A DNA stretch of 64,000 nt, from assembly GCA_964016885.1 (NCBI GenBank), contig OZ024745.1:90148001-90212000 (forward strand). The letters are read 5' to 3'. The notes below the pieces were generated by a model. That model searched no databases. It saw only the letters and a list, made by a program, of their open reading frames with translations, and was not told the origin of the DNA. The first letter of the stretch is position 1. Every line of letters begins with the position of its first letter. Positions 53,102 through 64,000 of this stretch are shown piece after piece. A program made the position numbers and the translations under genes. This stretch comes from Eledone cirrhosa (Eukaryota).

Positions 53102-56100
53102 TTTCTTTATTTGCCACAAGGGCGCACAAGAAAAGGGGACAATACAAAGACATATGCCGGGGATTTTACATACAGTCGTGTAAAAAATGTAAATCAAACA
53201 ATTACAACAATCGAAATCCCCAATAGGGGGGAAGCGCCACATATGGGTTGTTTAATACCCCGTCGATAGAACAACCCTCAACTCCAGGAGCGTGTTGTGC
53301 AAGTGCTCCTTTCTTCCTTTTGCTCTCTTCTTTAACCTACAGGCTTATAAACAGAGAAGGCCCAATTATTCGGACCATTTTCGCTTCATTCACCGACCTT
53401 TCTGTAAATTTACTGGGGTGCAGTGCCTCTCTCTCCACTCTGATTCTCCTTCTAAAGTGATACTTAAAGGGAATCAATTGTTGCTCGGAGAGAAAGGCAT
53501 CTGTCCTCAGTCCTCTCAATCTCGTCCACCATATAACTTCTTTCACCATAGCCACTGTACAGAGGAAAACCGCCTCTCTTTCGTTTTTGAAAGAGGCTGG
53601 CGGTTTGATCCTTACTATGGACTCGGCAGTCAACTGGATTTGCCCCATACGCGACAGCAGTTGTTCTGCATAGTTCCACAGGTCAGTTACGCCCGGGCAG
53701 TGTACAATTGCGTGCAGGGCTGTTTCAATGTCCTGCGCGCATCTTGGACACGTCCTCTTGGAAGGATCCCTGCCTGTAGATCTTGTCCGTGCCTGTAGAT
53801 CTTGTCACGAACCGGTAGAGCTCCTCGGTAGCACTGCCAGGCCAGGGACCTCTGGAAGTTGTCCAGAGGTCCAGGGTGGAAAGTCCTACCAAACAGACTG
53901 GTGAGCTCATCGTCTTCGACGCCCAGAGTATCCCCGAGCACGTCGTTGCCCTTGTAACGTACAATCCCTCTATAGAATGTCGAAGTGGAATCTTCACTGA
54001 TTGCTGTGCCCGCTTGCCAGAGGACTGTGAGCGCCTGAGCGCATTCAATGTTTTCGGTCTTTTCTTGACCCAGGACTGCAGCTCCGTCAGCGAGACGAGC
54101 TGTGGGAAAGCCTGTCTCACAAACGGTGCCCACACCGGTTGGGGGTCGGTGAGGAATACCTGGAGATGCCTCAGGCTCAGCGCATTATCAGCCACGGCAT
54201 TCCTAGCCCTCGGTTGGAAGGCTGCTGACAGCAGACGGATTTCCTCACCAGCGGAGCCTGCTTCTTCCACATAAACTGGAAGAGCATGGGTTCCATCTTG
54301 GCGGGTTGTTCACGGGGACAAGACACCACAGTCAAGCGGTAGTAGATGACGGACGCTATGAAAGTATTCGCCACACCCACTCTGCCTTTCAAGGACAGTT
54401 TGCACTCTGCCCACTTCTGAGTGAGCGCAAACACCTTGGCCGTGACCTCGTTCCAGCTTTTCTCCACCTGGCGGTCTGGACCGAACCAAACCCCGAGCAA
54501 TTTCACCGGTCCGTCCGTCCAGCATCCAACGACGCTGTCGGACGCCATCGGTTTGCCTCTCCACGTACCGAGTTGCAAACCGACAGACTTGTCCGGGTTT
54601 AGTTTTGCTCCCGTCAGCGTTTCGTATTCTTTCAGTAAGTTGCCGATCACCCGATTTCCGAGGTGCTCGACACCATTACCGTCACGTCGTCGGCATAAAC
54701 CGACGCCGCTTTGCGCAGTCCTGGTTCTAGAGGGATGCCCTGCAACAGCTCCAATTTCCGCAGTAGTGGCTCTAGAGTCAATACATACAGAATGGAGGAG
54801 TGAGGGCATCCCTGTCGAATGGAACGCATGATTGCGAACGGCTCCGATAGGTAGCCGTTCACCTTGACTCTCGAGCAAATGCTGGTGTGCATCGCCTCGA
54901 TCCAGCCTCTGAAAACGGGACCGAAACCGGCCGCCTTGAGAACCGTTTCCAAGTATCGATGGTCGACCCTATCGAATACCTTAGACTGATCCAAATTGAT
55001 CAGAGCCTCACCGAAGCCGGGTTTACTACCCACCCTCTCTATGATGTATCGCATGAGGTGGAGGTTGTTGTGTATAGACCTGGTCGGGATTGCACACGTT
55101 TGCGGTTTCCCTACCAGGTTCTCGACGACAAGCGCCAACCTCGTCGCTAGCACCTTGGCCAAAATCTTTAACTCTGTGTTGAGCAGATTTATGGGCCTGA
55201 AGTTGTTAATTTCGCCCCCCTTGTTCTCGTCTTTCCTGATCAGCGTTACTACGCCCTTGCCTGCAGAATTGGGAATTCTCCCGTTCTGCTGCCAATTGCA
55301 GTAGACGGCTTCGAGGACGCCAGAGAACAAGTGCGGCATGCCTATGTAAAACTAGACCGGGTGACTTGCGTTTCCCGCAGCGGCCCAGAGCGTCCCGTAT
55401 TTCAGTGTCCGTGACCGGTCTTTCGCAGAACTCGGCGTCCGTGTTCGAGAGACGCGGCGGGCCGTCTAGGTATAAACTAAAGTCTATTGCCCCGTTCGGC
55501 TCACCGTCGTTCTTCTCAAACAGTCGCGCAAAGTGCTGCTGAAAGACCGCACACATTCGCTTGGGGTCAAGTAGCACGCGTCCGTTTTGGTCTTTCAAAG
55601 ACCGAATCGTGGACTTGTTTCCACTTTTTGCCACCGCCACTCGGGCCCAGCTGACATCTCCTTGTCCCTTTCTCTAATGAAGAACCTATCTAAATACGAT
55701 CTAGATGTCCCGCTGCGGTTTGCCCACGTCCACTGTGGTGCAGTCGGGAAATCCAGTCGATACCTATCGGCCAGTTGGAATTGGCCGATTAAAGTTTTGA
55801 TGCTGTTGCACCTCCCTCTACTTGGACATACTCCAACATAGTCCCATCGTGCATCTAGGATACCATTCCAGTCCCCCACTAAAAGTAAGGAGCGAGATGT
55901 TCCCAGAAAAGACTCTAGACGCTTAAAGTAGTCTGGCCGTGATTGCGATTGCAGTCTGAAGGCTCCACCTCCAATACTGTTCACGTCCAGGACTACCAGT
56001 CTACCCTCCAGGTTCAAGTGTACTTGCTGTACTTTGACGTCCAGGTTCTTCCGAAACATGACAGCCACTCCCCCTCCACCTCCTGGCTGACAGAGAGATG

Positions 56101-58440
56101 CGTAGATCTCAAAGTCGTCGAAGATGGAGGTTAGATGCTGCCTGCTGTGGATCATGGATTCGGTGATGGCTGTCACATCCATACCGATGACCTAAGGTCG
56201 TTTAAATGTTGGCCCTGTTTCCAGGGCATCCTAGGCCACGCACATTCACGCTTCCAACTCGTAAAGTAGCCATGTTGGTGGAGAAGAGTTGGCGAAAAGG
56301 ACGAAAAGGTGCACTTACCTTTTCGTTTCCTGGAGATCGGGTTGTTCAATCTCCATTTCAGTTCTGGTGGGGGTGTTGGGTGGGGTGGGGAAACATTTTA
56401 CTAAGACGTGGTTAATAGATTTTTGACAGGGGTTGCCAACATCCTGCGAAAACTGTTTTTTCAATTTCTGATAGGTTTCTATCGAAACCCTTATTAGTTT
56501 TAGGTGTTGAGACGATTCTGCTTTGACGAAAGCTTTGCCCTCCGTCTCCACCTTGGGGGTTTTGGGAGATGACCTCTATCAAACTCTTGCTGTTTGTGTT
56601 GATGTATGCGTATTGTTTTTTGTGTTTTTGTTGTGTTGTTTTAGTTTGTTGTTCGTCCGGGAGTTTTCTTTTTATGGTGGGTGCTTGTGTTTGGGTTGTG
56701 TTGGTGTTGGTTTTGCTGGTAGGGGGATGTTTGACTGTGGTGTTGTTTGTGTTGTTGTTTGTGTCTGTGGTTGTGTGTTGGTGATTGGTGATTGGAGTTT
56801 TGGGGGTTTTGTGGTGTCTCTTTTTTTGTTTTTTAGATTTCCGAGTCTCTCTTTCTTCTTCACTTAAAGAAGGAGAAGCAGCCTCATCTGTCGATGAATA
56901 ATCATCGTCAGGAGTTTGGGGTAAGGGTATGTTGTGTGGTGGTGGTGTTTCGGTGTGTGTGTTTGTGGTAGTGTTTCATGGAGTGGGATGGGGTGGGGCT
57001 GTGTTCTTCAGGGGTGTTGTCTGTGTTTTTTCTGTTCTTGTTGGTTGAGTGGCTGTTTGTTTTTGGTGTGTTTGCTTGTTTGGTGAGTTGTTGTTGTGGT
57101 GGTGGTTGTTTTGGTGTTGGTGTTAGTGTTGCTGTTGGTAACAGTGCTTTCTTTTGTATTGTTTTGGTTGATCGTGTTTGTAAAGGGCAGAAGGCCTTTA
57201 GATGTGTTGTGCTACCACAGCAAAAGCAATGAAATTTACGACCTTCCACCGAAATGTTTATTTTATTGTTGTCGTCGATGACGACTTTTTCGGGTATTTT
57301 GGAATCTCTCCGGCTTCATTTGCATCAGAATCTCCAAATCAGTACCCGCCCACCTTTGTCTAATAGACTTTCGTATTGAAAGAATGGCATAAGTCTCTGG
57401 CTCCACGAAGCCAGCCAAGATCCACAGGATGTTAATGTTTGGGGGTATATATTTTTTTTTTATTTTTTGTGTCCTTTTTCCCATGTACGTGGGGAAAAAG
57501 GTGAATGCTTTTGACACCATTGGTGTCACAGAATGTTTTTGGGTGAGTGCCTCGCTTTTAAACAGTACGGAAACACTTCCGTACTGTTTTCCTCGTTGGA
57601 GAAAGTCAATATTTGCTAGAGTCTCCTTCAAGGTGGCTTCTATGTCTGCTTGACTCACAAATATTGGCTTTCTCGTTGTGTTGGAGACTGTCCTGAAGGT
57701 CACTGTCCTTCGAACTGTCTCTTCTTTTATTTCGAGGGGTGAGTTGATTCTAAACCCACCCTTGTCTTCGAAAGTTACAAATTTTCTTCCTTGCTGGAGC
57801 ATATCTCTTGCATTGGAGATGTCAAGATTTATAAAATCTTGTTTTTTGTTCACTGTTTCAGCGAAAGACATTTTTGGTGGTGTTGCTGTTGTTGTTGTTC
57901 TTGTTATCGTTGTTAGCCTCAGTGTTGGAAATCAAAATTTATTGACAAGGTGAAACTTTATGTGTAGATGTATCTATGGAGTTGTTGTTGTTGTCTTTTT
58001 CATGTGTGTGTATGTTAATAGGTTTAATTTCTGTGTTTTTCCCTGTGTTATTTTTCTCCGCTTCGACAGTAGAAATGTTAAAATCTTCAAGTGGTAATAT
58101 TTGTTTCTCTTTGTTGACAGTCGTATCCATGACGACGTCCATAGTAGCAGAAGCAGATATAACGTTAATAGCGGCCTCTCTACCTCTCTTCTCTCTGTCG
58201 ACGTTCTCTAGCGTTCTTTCCGAGCTATTCATGTTTTATAGTTGGCAAAATTTGATTTTTTAAAACAATTTTTAAATTAAATTTTCGCCTCTAAAGAGGG
58301 ATTACCACCCAGCTGACAATTCAGCTTGGGGTTAATCTACAAAATGATATGTTTTTTCAAACAATTCGTTCATTTTTTTGTATAGAAATTTACAAAAAAG
58401 CTTACCGGCGATGTTCCACGCGTCAGGCAGATAGGGAAAC
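53102..58440 (-). mobile_element. Full-span, more degenerate Tx1/L1-clade LINE (copy 3, different subfamily)
   Basis: ORF1 pieces with CFCCGSTTHLKAFC. APE and RT fragments homologous to copy 2. Internal deletion near 55640. Confidence 0.93.
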
Positions 58441-58481
<41 letters not shown>

Positions 58482-58482
58482 T

Positions 58483-58583
<101 letters not shown>

Positions 58584-59591
58584 TTAAATATATGCGTGCG
58601 TATTGTTCTCATATATACAGACATTTACATTCGTGAGTGTGTATCTAAAATCTAATAGATTAAATGAAAATTATCACATTCGAATTCTTTCTTTATAACG
58701 TCAATATTAATCCAGCTGAGATAGAAACGCTGATTCGACATTTCAAAGCTGAAAACTTCTTGTACACAATCGTAATTTTGCACAAATTTTCTTTAAATTA
58801 ATGAAACACGTGGGAGTAAAATGGCTACCCACTTTAGATTAAACTTTCACTTCTTCGAACTTTCTTTATTATTTATATTATTTATTATATAGAACCTAAG
58901 AGGTTGCTAACTTTTATATGTAGAAGTCATAATAGAACTAGAATTGCGTGATAAGTCGATAAGTTCAATCTGTTATATCCGTACAGATGTGATCAGATTG
59001 GTGAAATGATATTTAAAGTGAATTTCTCGTTGTCTCTGAGATTATTATTCTTAATCTACTTAATCCTATTAAATCATCGGAGAGAAAAGTTATGAATGTT
59101 CGAATACTCTTAGAACTAACGCAGTCAGGCGATACGATGTGGTAGAAATGACATAACCAATAGTTTTTACTCAATTTCAATTAGAGAGAAATATTGAAAA
59201 CGGTTCGCGGAAGATTCCATTATCGATCAAAAATCCAAGGAAACATTCATTAACCATTGCTTTCTTAAAATGTATGGATCATTAAACAATTACGTTATAC
59301 TGTCGTCCAGCACGAATCGCCTGGAACTTTGCTTTCGCTTCAATTTCACAACACTTTTGTTTCTTTCTCGACTCGTTACCTTCAGACTTTCATCTCCCTC
59401 CTTCTCTCTTTCTCTCTCTCCCCCTCTCTCTCAGACACACACACACCCACACACATCCTCTCTTTCACTCCCCCCCTCTCTCTTCTCCTCTCTCTCCTCC
59501 TCTCCCCCCCCCCTATCTCTCTCTCACACTAACTTTATGGCTTTTTCTTACACACAACTTCAATCTTACTTCGCAAATATTGTGTGGATTT

Positions 59592-59654
<63 letters not shown>

Positions 59655-59665
<11 letters not shown>

Positions 59666-60254
59666 TGTATATATAGTGTATTTTGCAATACACTGTATGC
59701 TTAATTAAAAGCATTTCGAAGACCTTACGCTATTATTTTAGAGTAGTGACAGTCTCACTTACTTTAAATTTTCAGCAAAAAGGGGCAGATAAAGCTGACA
59801 GAGCTCTGTTTCGTACTTTTTGGTACTTATCAAAGCTAAGTACTCCACCTGTTTGCTGAAAATCATGAATGTTTGATTCTTATAGAATTCTAGTAATAAT
59901 CAGGAACTGATTATACAGAGCGGTTGCCGGTCAAGCAGAAATTGAAAATTAAAATTTGTGCTCTGAAATACCGATATATATATGAATGTATATATAGTGT
60001 ATTTTGCAATACACTGTATGCTTAATTAAAAGCATTTCGAAGACCTTACGCTATTGTTTTTGTGTAGTGACAGTCTCACTTACTTTAAATTTTCAGCAAA
60101 AAGGGGCAGATAAAGCTGACAGAGCTCTGTTTCGTACTTTTTGGTACTTATCAAAGCTAAGTACTCCACCTGTTTGCTGAAAATCATGAATGTTTGATTC
60201 TTATAGAATTCTAGTAATAATCAGGAATTGGTTATACAGAGCGGTTGCCGGTCA
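59655..60254 (-). mobile_element. ORF-less 321-bp tandem repeat (~1.9 units) with two complete hammerheads; retrozyme-like
   Basis: Period 321 (TTTC at 59809 and 60130). Homologous to 23064-23562. 3' end abuts (TA)n. Confidence 0.85.
59768..59863 (-). ncRNA. Extended type I hammerhead, U3:A8 variant (identical copy at 60089-60184)
   Basis: AGCT-TTGATAA-GTAC(CAAAAA)GTAC-GAAA-CAGAGCTCTG-TC-AGCT. Distal stem ATTTTCAGCAAA/TTTGCTGAAAAT. Confidence 0.85.
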
Positions 60255-60279
60255 CAATATTGTTTTATAACTTTATGTA

Positions 60280-60535
60280 AACTATTTCGGAGAACTAGCG
60301 ACTCTATCTGGAGTGACTCACTGATTTCCGAGCCACACACTCTATCGAGTAAAGTTACACCAGAGACCCTTCGGAGGGACCCCATTTCTGCTGTTTGTAT
60401 TCGCAATCCTATACTTTCGGTCATTACCCAAGATTCATGACCATAGGTAAGAGTTGGTACGGATACCAAATTGAAGATATCGAGTTCGGATTTTACACCT
60501 ACTTCCCTTCTTTTGATTACCGAATGCTGAAGCTT
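60280..60535 (-). mobile_element. RTE-type LINE fragment
   Basis: VPTLTYGHESWVMT...IQTAEMGSLRRVSGVTLLDRV. Confidence 0.8.
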
Positions 60536-60968
60536 TAGATTACAAACTAAAATTCCCTCGCGGACATTGGATTAATTGCTATAAGTAGTGTTGGGCTACA
60601 TCAAAGGATATGAAGATTCAATGAAAGGACTCTCTCGTACGGCTTGATGTCGAAACAATTTATCTGTTCAAATATAGTTTAAACTTTGCAAATAATGAGT
60701 TCGTCTAGTTGCTACTTAAAATCGACAATAATGTTTATATAAGATTCAAGTTATAATACATGTGTGTTCATGTATGTGTGTTTTTGGTCTTCTTCATTTG
60801 GTTCTGCGAGAGAGAAATATATGTACACATGTAGATAAATAGATATTGATATAAATATGATTAGGTATATGTTTGTCTGCGTTTGTATAGATTTCAGTAT
60901 GTGTAACTAGACATGAATACATTATCTATTTTCTAAGAGTATATATATATATATCTTCATCACTTTCG

Positions 60969-61089
60969 CACGCTCTGATGAAAACGACTGGTTATAAACA
61001 AAGTATTGGAGGCCGATTGACGCAACACCAAGGTCTAGAGTAGCGAACTCTAGACCTACCAGACCAAAGAAACAATTGTCAGCAATGTG
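60969..61089 (+). ncRNA. Hammerhead ribozyme with branched ~87-nt stem II
   Basis: GCT-CTGATGA-...CTGGT...[AGGTCTAGAGT/ACTCTAGACCT]ACCAG...-GAAA-CAATTG-TC-AGC, followed by AATAAA. Confidence 0.6.
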
Positions 61090-61479
61090 AATAAAGCCCT
61101 TATTGTATAGCAAACCATGTCACTCTTATTTCTTGAACTTTATATATATATAAGAGCAAACATCACGGGCGCTCTATCTCAAAATTATTTTTGATAAGCA
61201 TTAGAAATGCGCAACCGGTAAAAACTTAAAACTAAAACTGAATACTAACCAATACTTATTACTAATTTTTACTTATTCCTAATTAAACTACTTTTCACTG
61301 GGAAAAATTTGTCAGCATTTTCTTTTCCTTTTACTAATATATATATTAAAATAACAGATTAAAGTTTAAGCAAAGAACCGCTGCTTTCACCCCGAACGGT
61401 TTCTTCTGAAACTAAAAAAATCAATCTGTGAACGTAGAAGTAAATATTTCGAAAAACGTTGCAACCAAAGGAAGACAGG

Positions 61480-61765
61480 AAGACGATACTTTGGTTCGTG
61501 GAAACGTTCCCTGGCAAAGAACGGGAAAAAACGAAGATAATACGTCATTATTTGGAGCGGTGAAAACAATTACACTCAAAGACAAAACCACGTTTATGGT
61601 ACAAATGAAGTCGTAGACTAATATTCTATTAGGTGGTTCGTGGAGATGTTCTCTGGCAATGAACGGAAAAAACAAAGATAATACGTCAATATGTGGAGCG
61701 TGGAGAACAATTACACGCAAAGACAAAACCACGTATATGGTATAACTGAAGTCGTAGACTAAAAT
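61480..61765. repeat. Diverged ~140-bp tandem duplication
   Basis: GGTTCGTGGA...GAAGTCGTAGACTAA occurs twice. Confidence 0.85.
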
Positions 61766-62469
61766 TCTATTTAGGAAACCGAATGATTCTCGGCTTCAGA
61801 GTTAAGAATAATGTAAATAAATTACAGAGGTAATTGAAATCAACAAAAATTAAATATATAGATGCGCGCATCCATATACGTACATACACATGCATACGCG
61901 AAAACACACGGCATGGGTATGCAAATACAAGCACGTACACAAAAGAACACGCACGCACATACAGAACCCACGCAACGCCTGTACCCACACACATACGAAC
62001 GTATACACAAAATACACATAAAATATATATATTAAAAAATATATATATATGTGTGTGTTTAATTATATAAATGTCTATAAATATACTGACATAAATACGT
62101 ATATTACGCGCGCGCACACATACCTACATGTAAATACACATATGTTCGCTAAACGTACGTCAACCAAAACACAAAGTATACATATACACACACCCTACAT
62201 ACGTACGAACCCGCATACTCACACAGACGCAAAACACACGTATACACATAACCAAAACCATATGTACCAGAATATAGAATATATACGCCAAAACACATAC
62301 AATCAAATATACGTACGAGGAAGTATACGTACCTTCACAAAACATACAGGTAATATATGCTTACCTATACAAATAAGTAATGGTGTAAACATAACATATA
62401 CTTAGCTACCACATCAAGACGTAAATATCCGCGTATATTTCGTACTATCCGTTAGGGTATAATGTGGGC

Positions 62470-63010
62470 CTGTATTACAGGTAAGTTTTGTGGAATTTAT
62501 GTTTACAAGCCGAAATTGCCTCAGATGTTTAAGATGTGGTCTTTGGCGTGGAGTATTTCCAGAGCCTCAGCGGCGCAAAGGTCACATGGTATTTTATTTC
62601 CGTTATACGATCTAGCCCTAGCTAGGATCTCCCAGTGTAACTTATATTGGGTATGGCTGTCTTTTAGACTCCAGATATAAGCTGAAAGTGACGTCATATT
62701 CCTTCTTAAAGGGTAACGAAAAGAATGGGTATGCATGTAAAGACGCTGCTGGAATCTATTGGCGGTTAACCCTATGTAGGCCCTACGGGACGTGAGTATT
62801 TCAATCTTACATTTCTAGTTACTAGAGAGGCAATTCCCGGATAGGGGGCAGTCAACCCGATTCCTACAATTAGAGTTAGTACTAATTACAGGGTTGCACG
62901 TGTTCCTACGGCTAGGTAGTTTAGCTAAATTTGAAGCTGTGATGTTATGTGCAAGGTTAGGAGTCGTAGAGTAAGAAATTTTAATAGTATTTCTATTAAA
63001 ATGTTACTAT
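62470..63010 (-). mobile_element. Penelope-like element 3' fragment (GIY-YIG)
   Basis: RNRVDCPYPGNCL, AYIGLTANRF, TSLSAYIWSLK, CDLC. Confidence 0.85.
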
Positions 63011-63019
63011 ATATATAGC

Positions 63020-64000
63020 TAAGTCTTAGCTTCTACCTTCAATGAGTTAGGCCTTAGGATAACAGTAGCCACCAACCTCTCTAGCGTGGATTTCTTAGAC
63101 ATTAATTTAGACCTTCGCACACACACAAACCCTTCCATAAGCTAAACGAGAAACGTAATTACATTCACAAGGACTCATGCCACCCTGCCACTGTTTTTAG
63201 AAACTTCGTTAAGAATATCAGTACTAGAATCTCAAACCTCTCCTCTAATAATGCTATCTTTGACAGGGCGGCACCCTACTATAACACGGCGTTGGCTAAC
63301 AGCGGCTTCTCACAACCTATTACCTACTCTCCCACTAGCAACAACACCATTAAAAAGGTAAGCGCATCAATAGACAAACTATCTGGCTCTCTCCTCCCTA
63401 TTCACTCAACGTTAAAACCAATGTAGGAAAAAAATGTCTAGTCCTCTTAGATAGACAGTTCCCCATAGGTCATAAATATCGCTCCATCTTTAACCGATAC
63501 AAAGTTAAACTAGGATACTCCTGCGCTAAGAACATGAAGGCCCACATCACTAGCAGCCCTAGGAGCAAAACCCCACCAGGGTGGTCTTGCCGTAAACCTG
63601 CAGCTTGCCCCTTCAACAACAATGCAACACACCAGCTGTAATCTATGAAGCTGTGGTCACTTCCAACCGACCAAACGAACAACAGGAGGTCAAATCCTAT
63701 GTGGGCATGGCGGAGGGACGATTCAAGGAGCGTTTCCTGAACCACCAGTCTACCTTCAGATACCCGGACAGACGTTCATCCACGAAACTCGCGAGCCACG
63801 TATGGTCCCTCAAGGACTCAAGTATAGGGTACTCCATTCAATGGAAAGCCATCACTAAATCCAAGCCATACGCAAGGGGAAATCCGACGTGTGGCTTATG
63901 TATTGACGAACGAATAACTATCCTAAAGAGATTACGCAATAGTGATTGCCTAAACACGAGAAGTGAATTTTTCACACGTTGTCCACACGTCACCAAACAT
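63020..64000 (+). mobile_element. Penelope-like element fragment (RT thumb + GIY-YIG), continuing beyond the window
   Basis: VDFLDINLDL, IHKDSCHP, VIYEAVV...YVGMAEGRFKERF, CGLC...RCPH. Confidence 0.88.

Overview
Eukaryotic, AT-rich and microsatellite-dense DNA. The SINEs and repeat landscape point to a cephalopod, probably Octopus (inferred, not searched). Host coding sequence is limited to two in-phase minus-strand exons of an HSPA12-family Hsp70 gene (41105-41300, 39220-39342) and a possible ORF running off the left edge. The rest is mobile DNA: six Penelope-like element (PLE) remnants, three Tx1/L1-clade LINEs each bounded by (GATA)n, an R4/Dong-type LINE bounded by (CATA)n, RTE fragments, three non-autonomous Helitrons, MITEs and many tRNA-derived SINEs. 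The signal the ORF track misses is RNA-level: about 20 type I hammerhead ribozyme (HHR) motifs from roughly a dozen repeat families, read by eye. The best candidate for a new system is an ORF-less ~320-bp tandem unit at two loci (23064-23562 +, 59655-60254 -). Its HHR has a U3:A8 core (UUGAUAA) and shows compensatory changes in all three stems, as expected of a retrozyme/circRNA-producing element. Also present are a circularly permuted ~541-nt HHR unit and HHRs with 80-105-nt stem II insertions. All calls are manual and boundaries are approximate.
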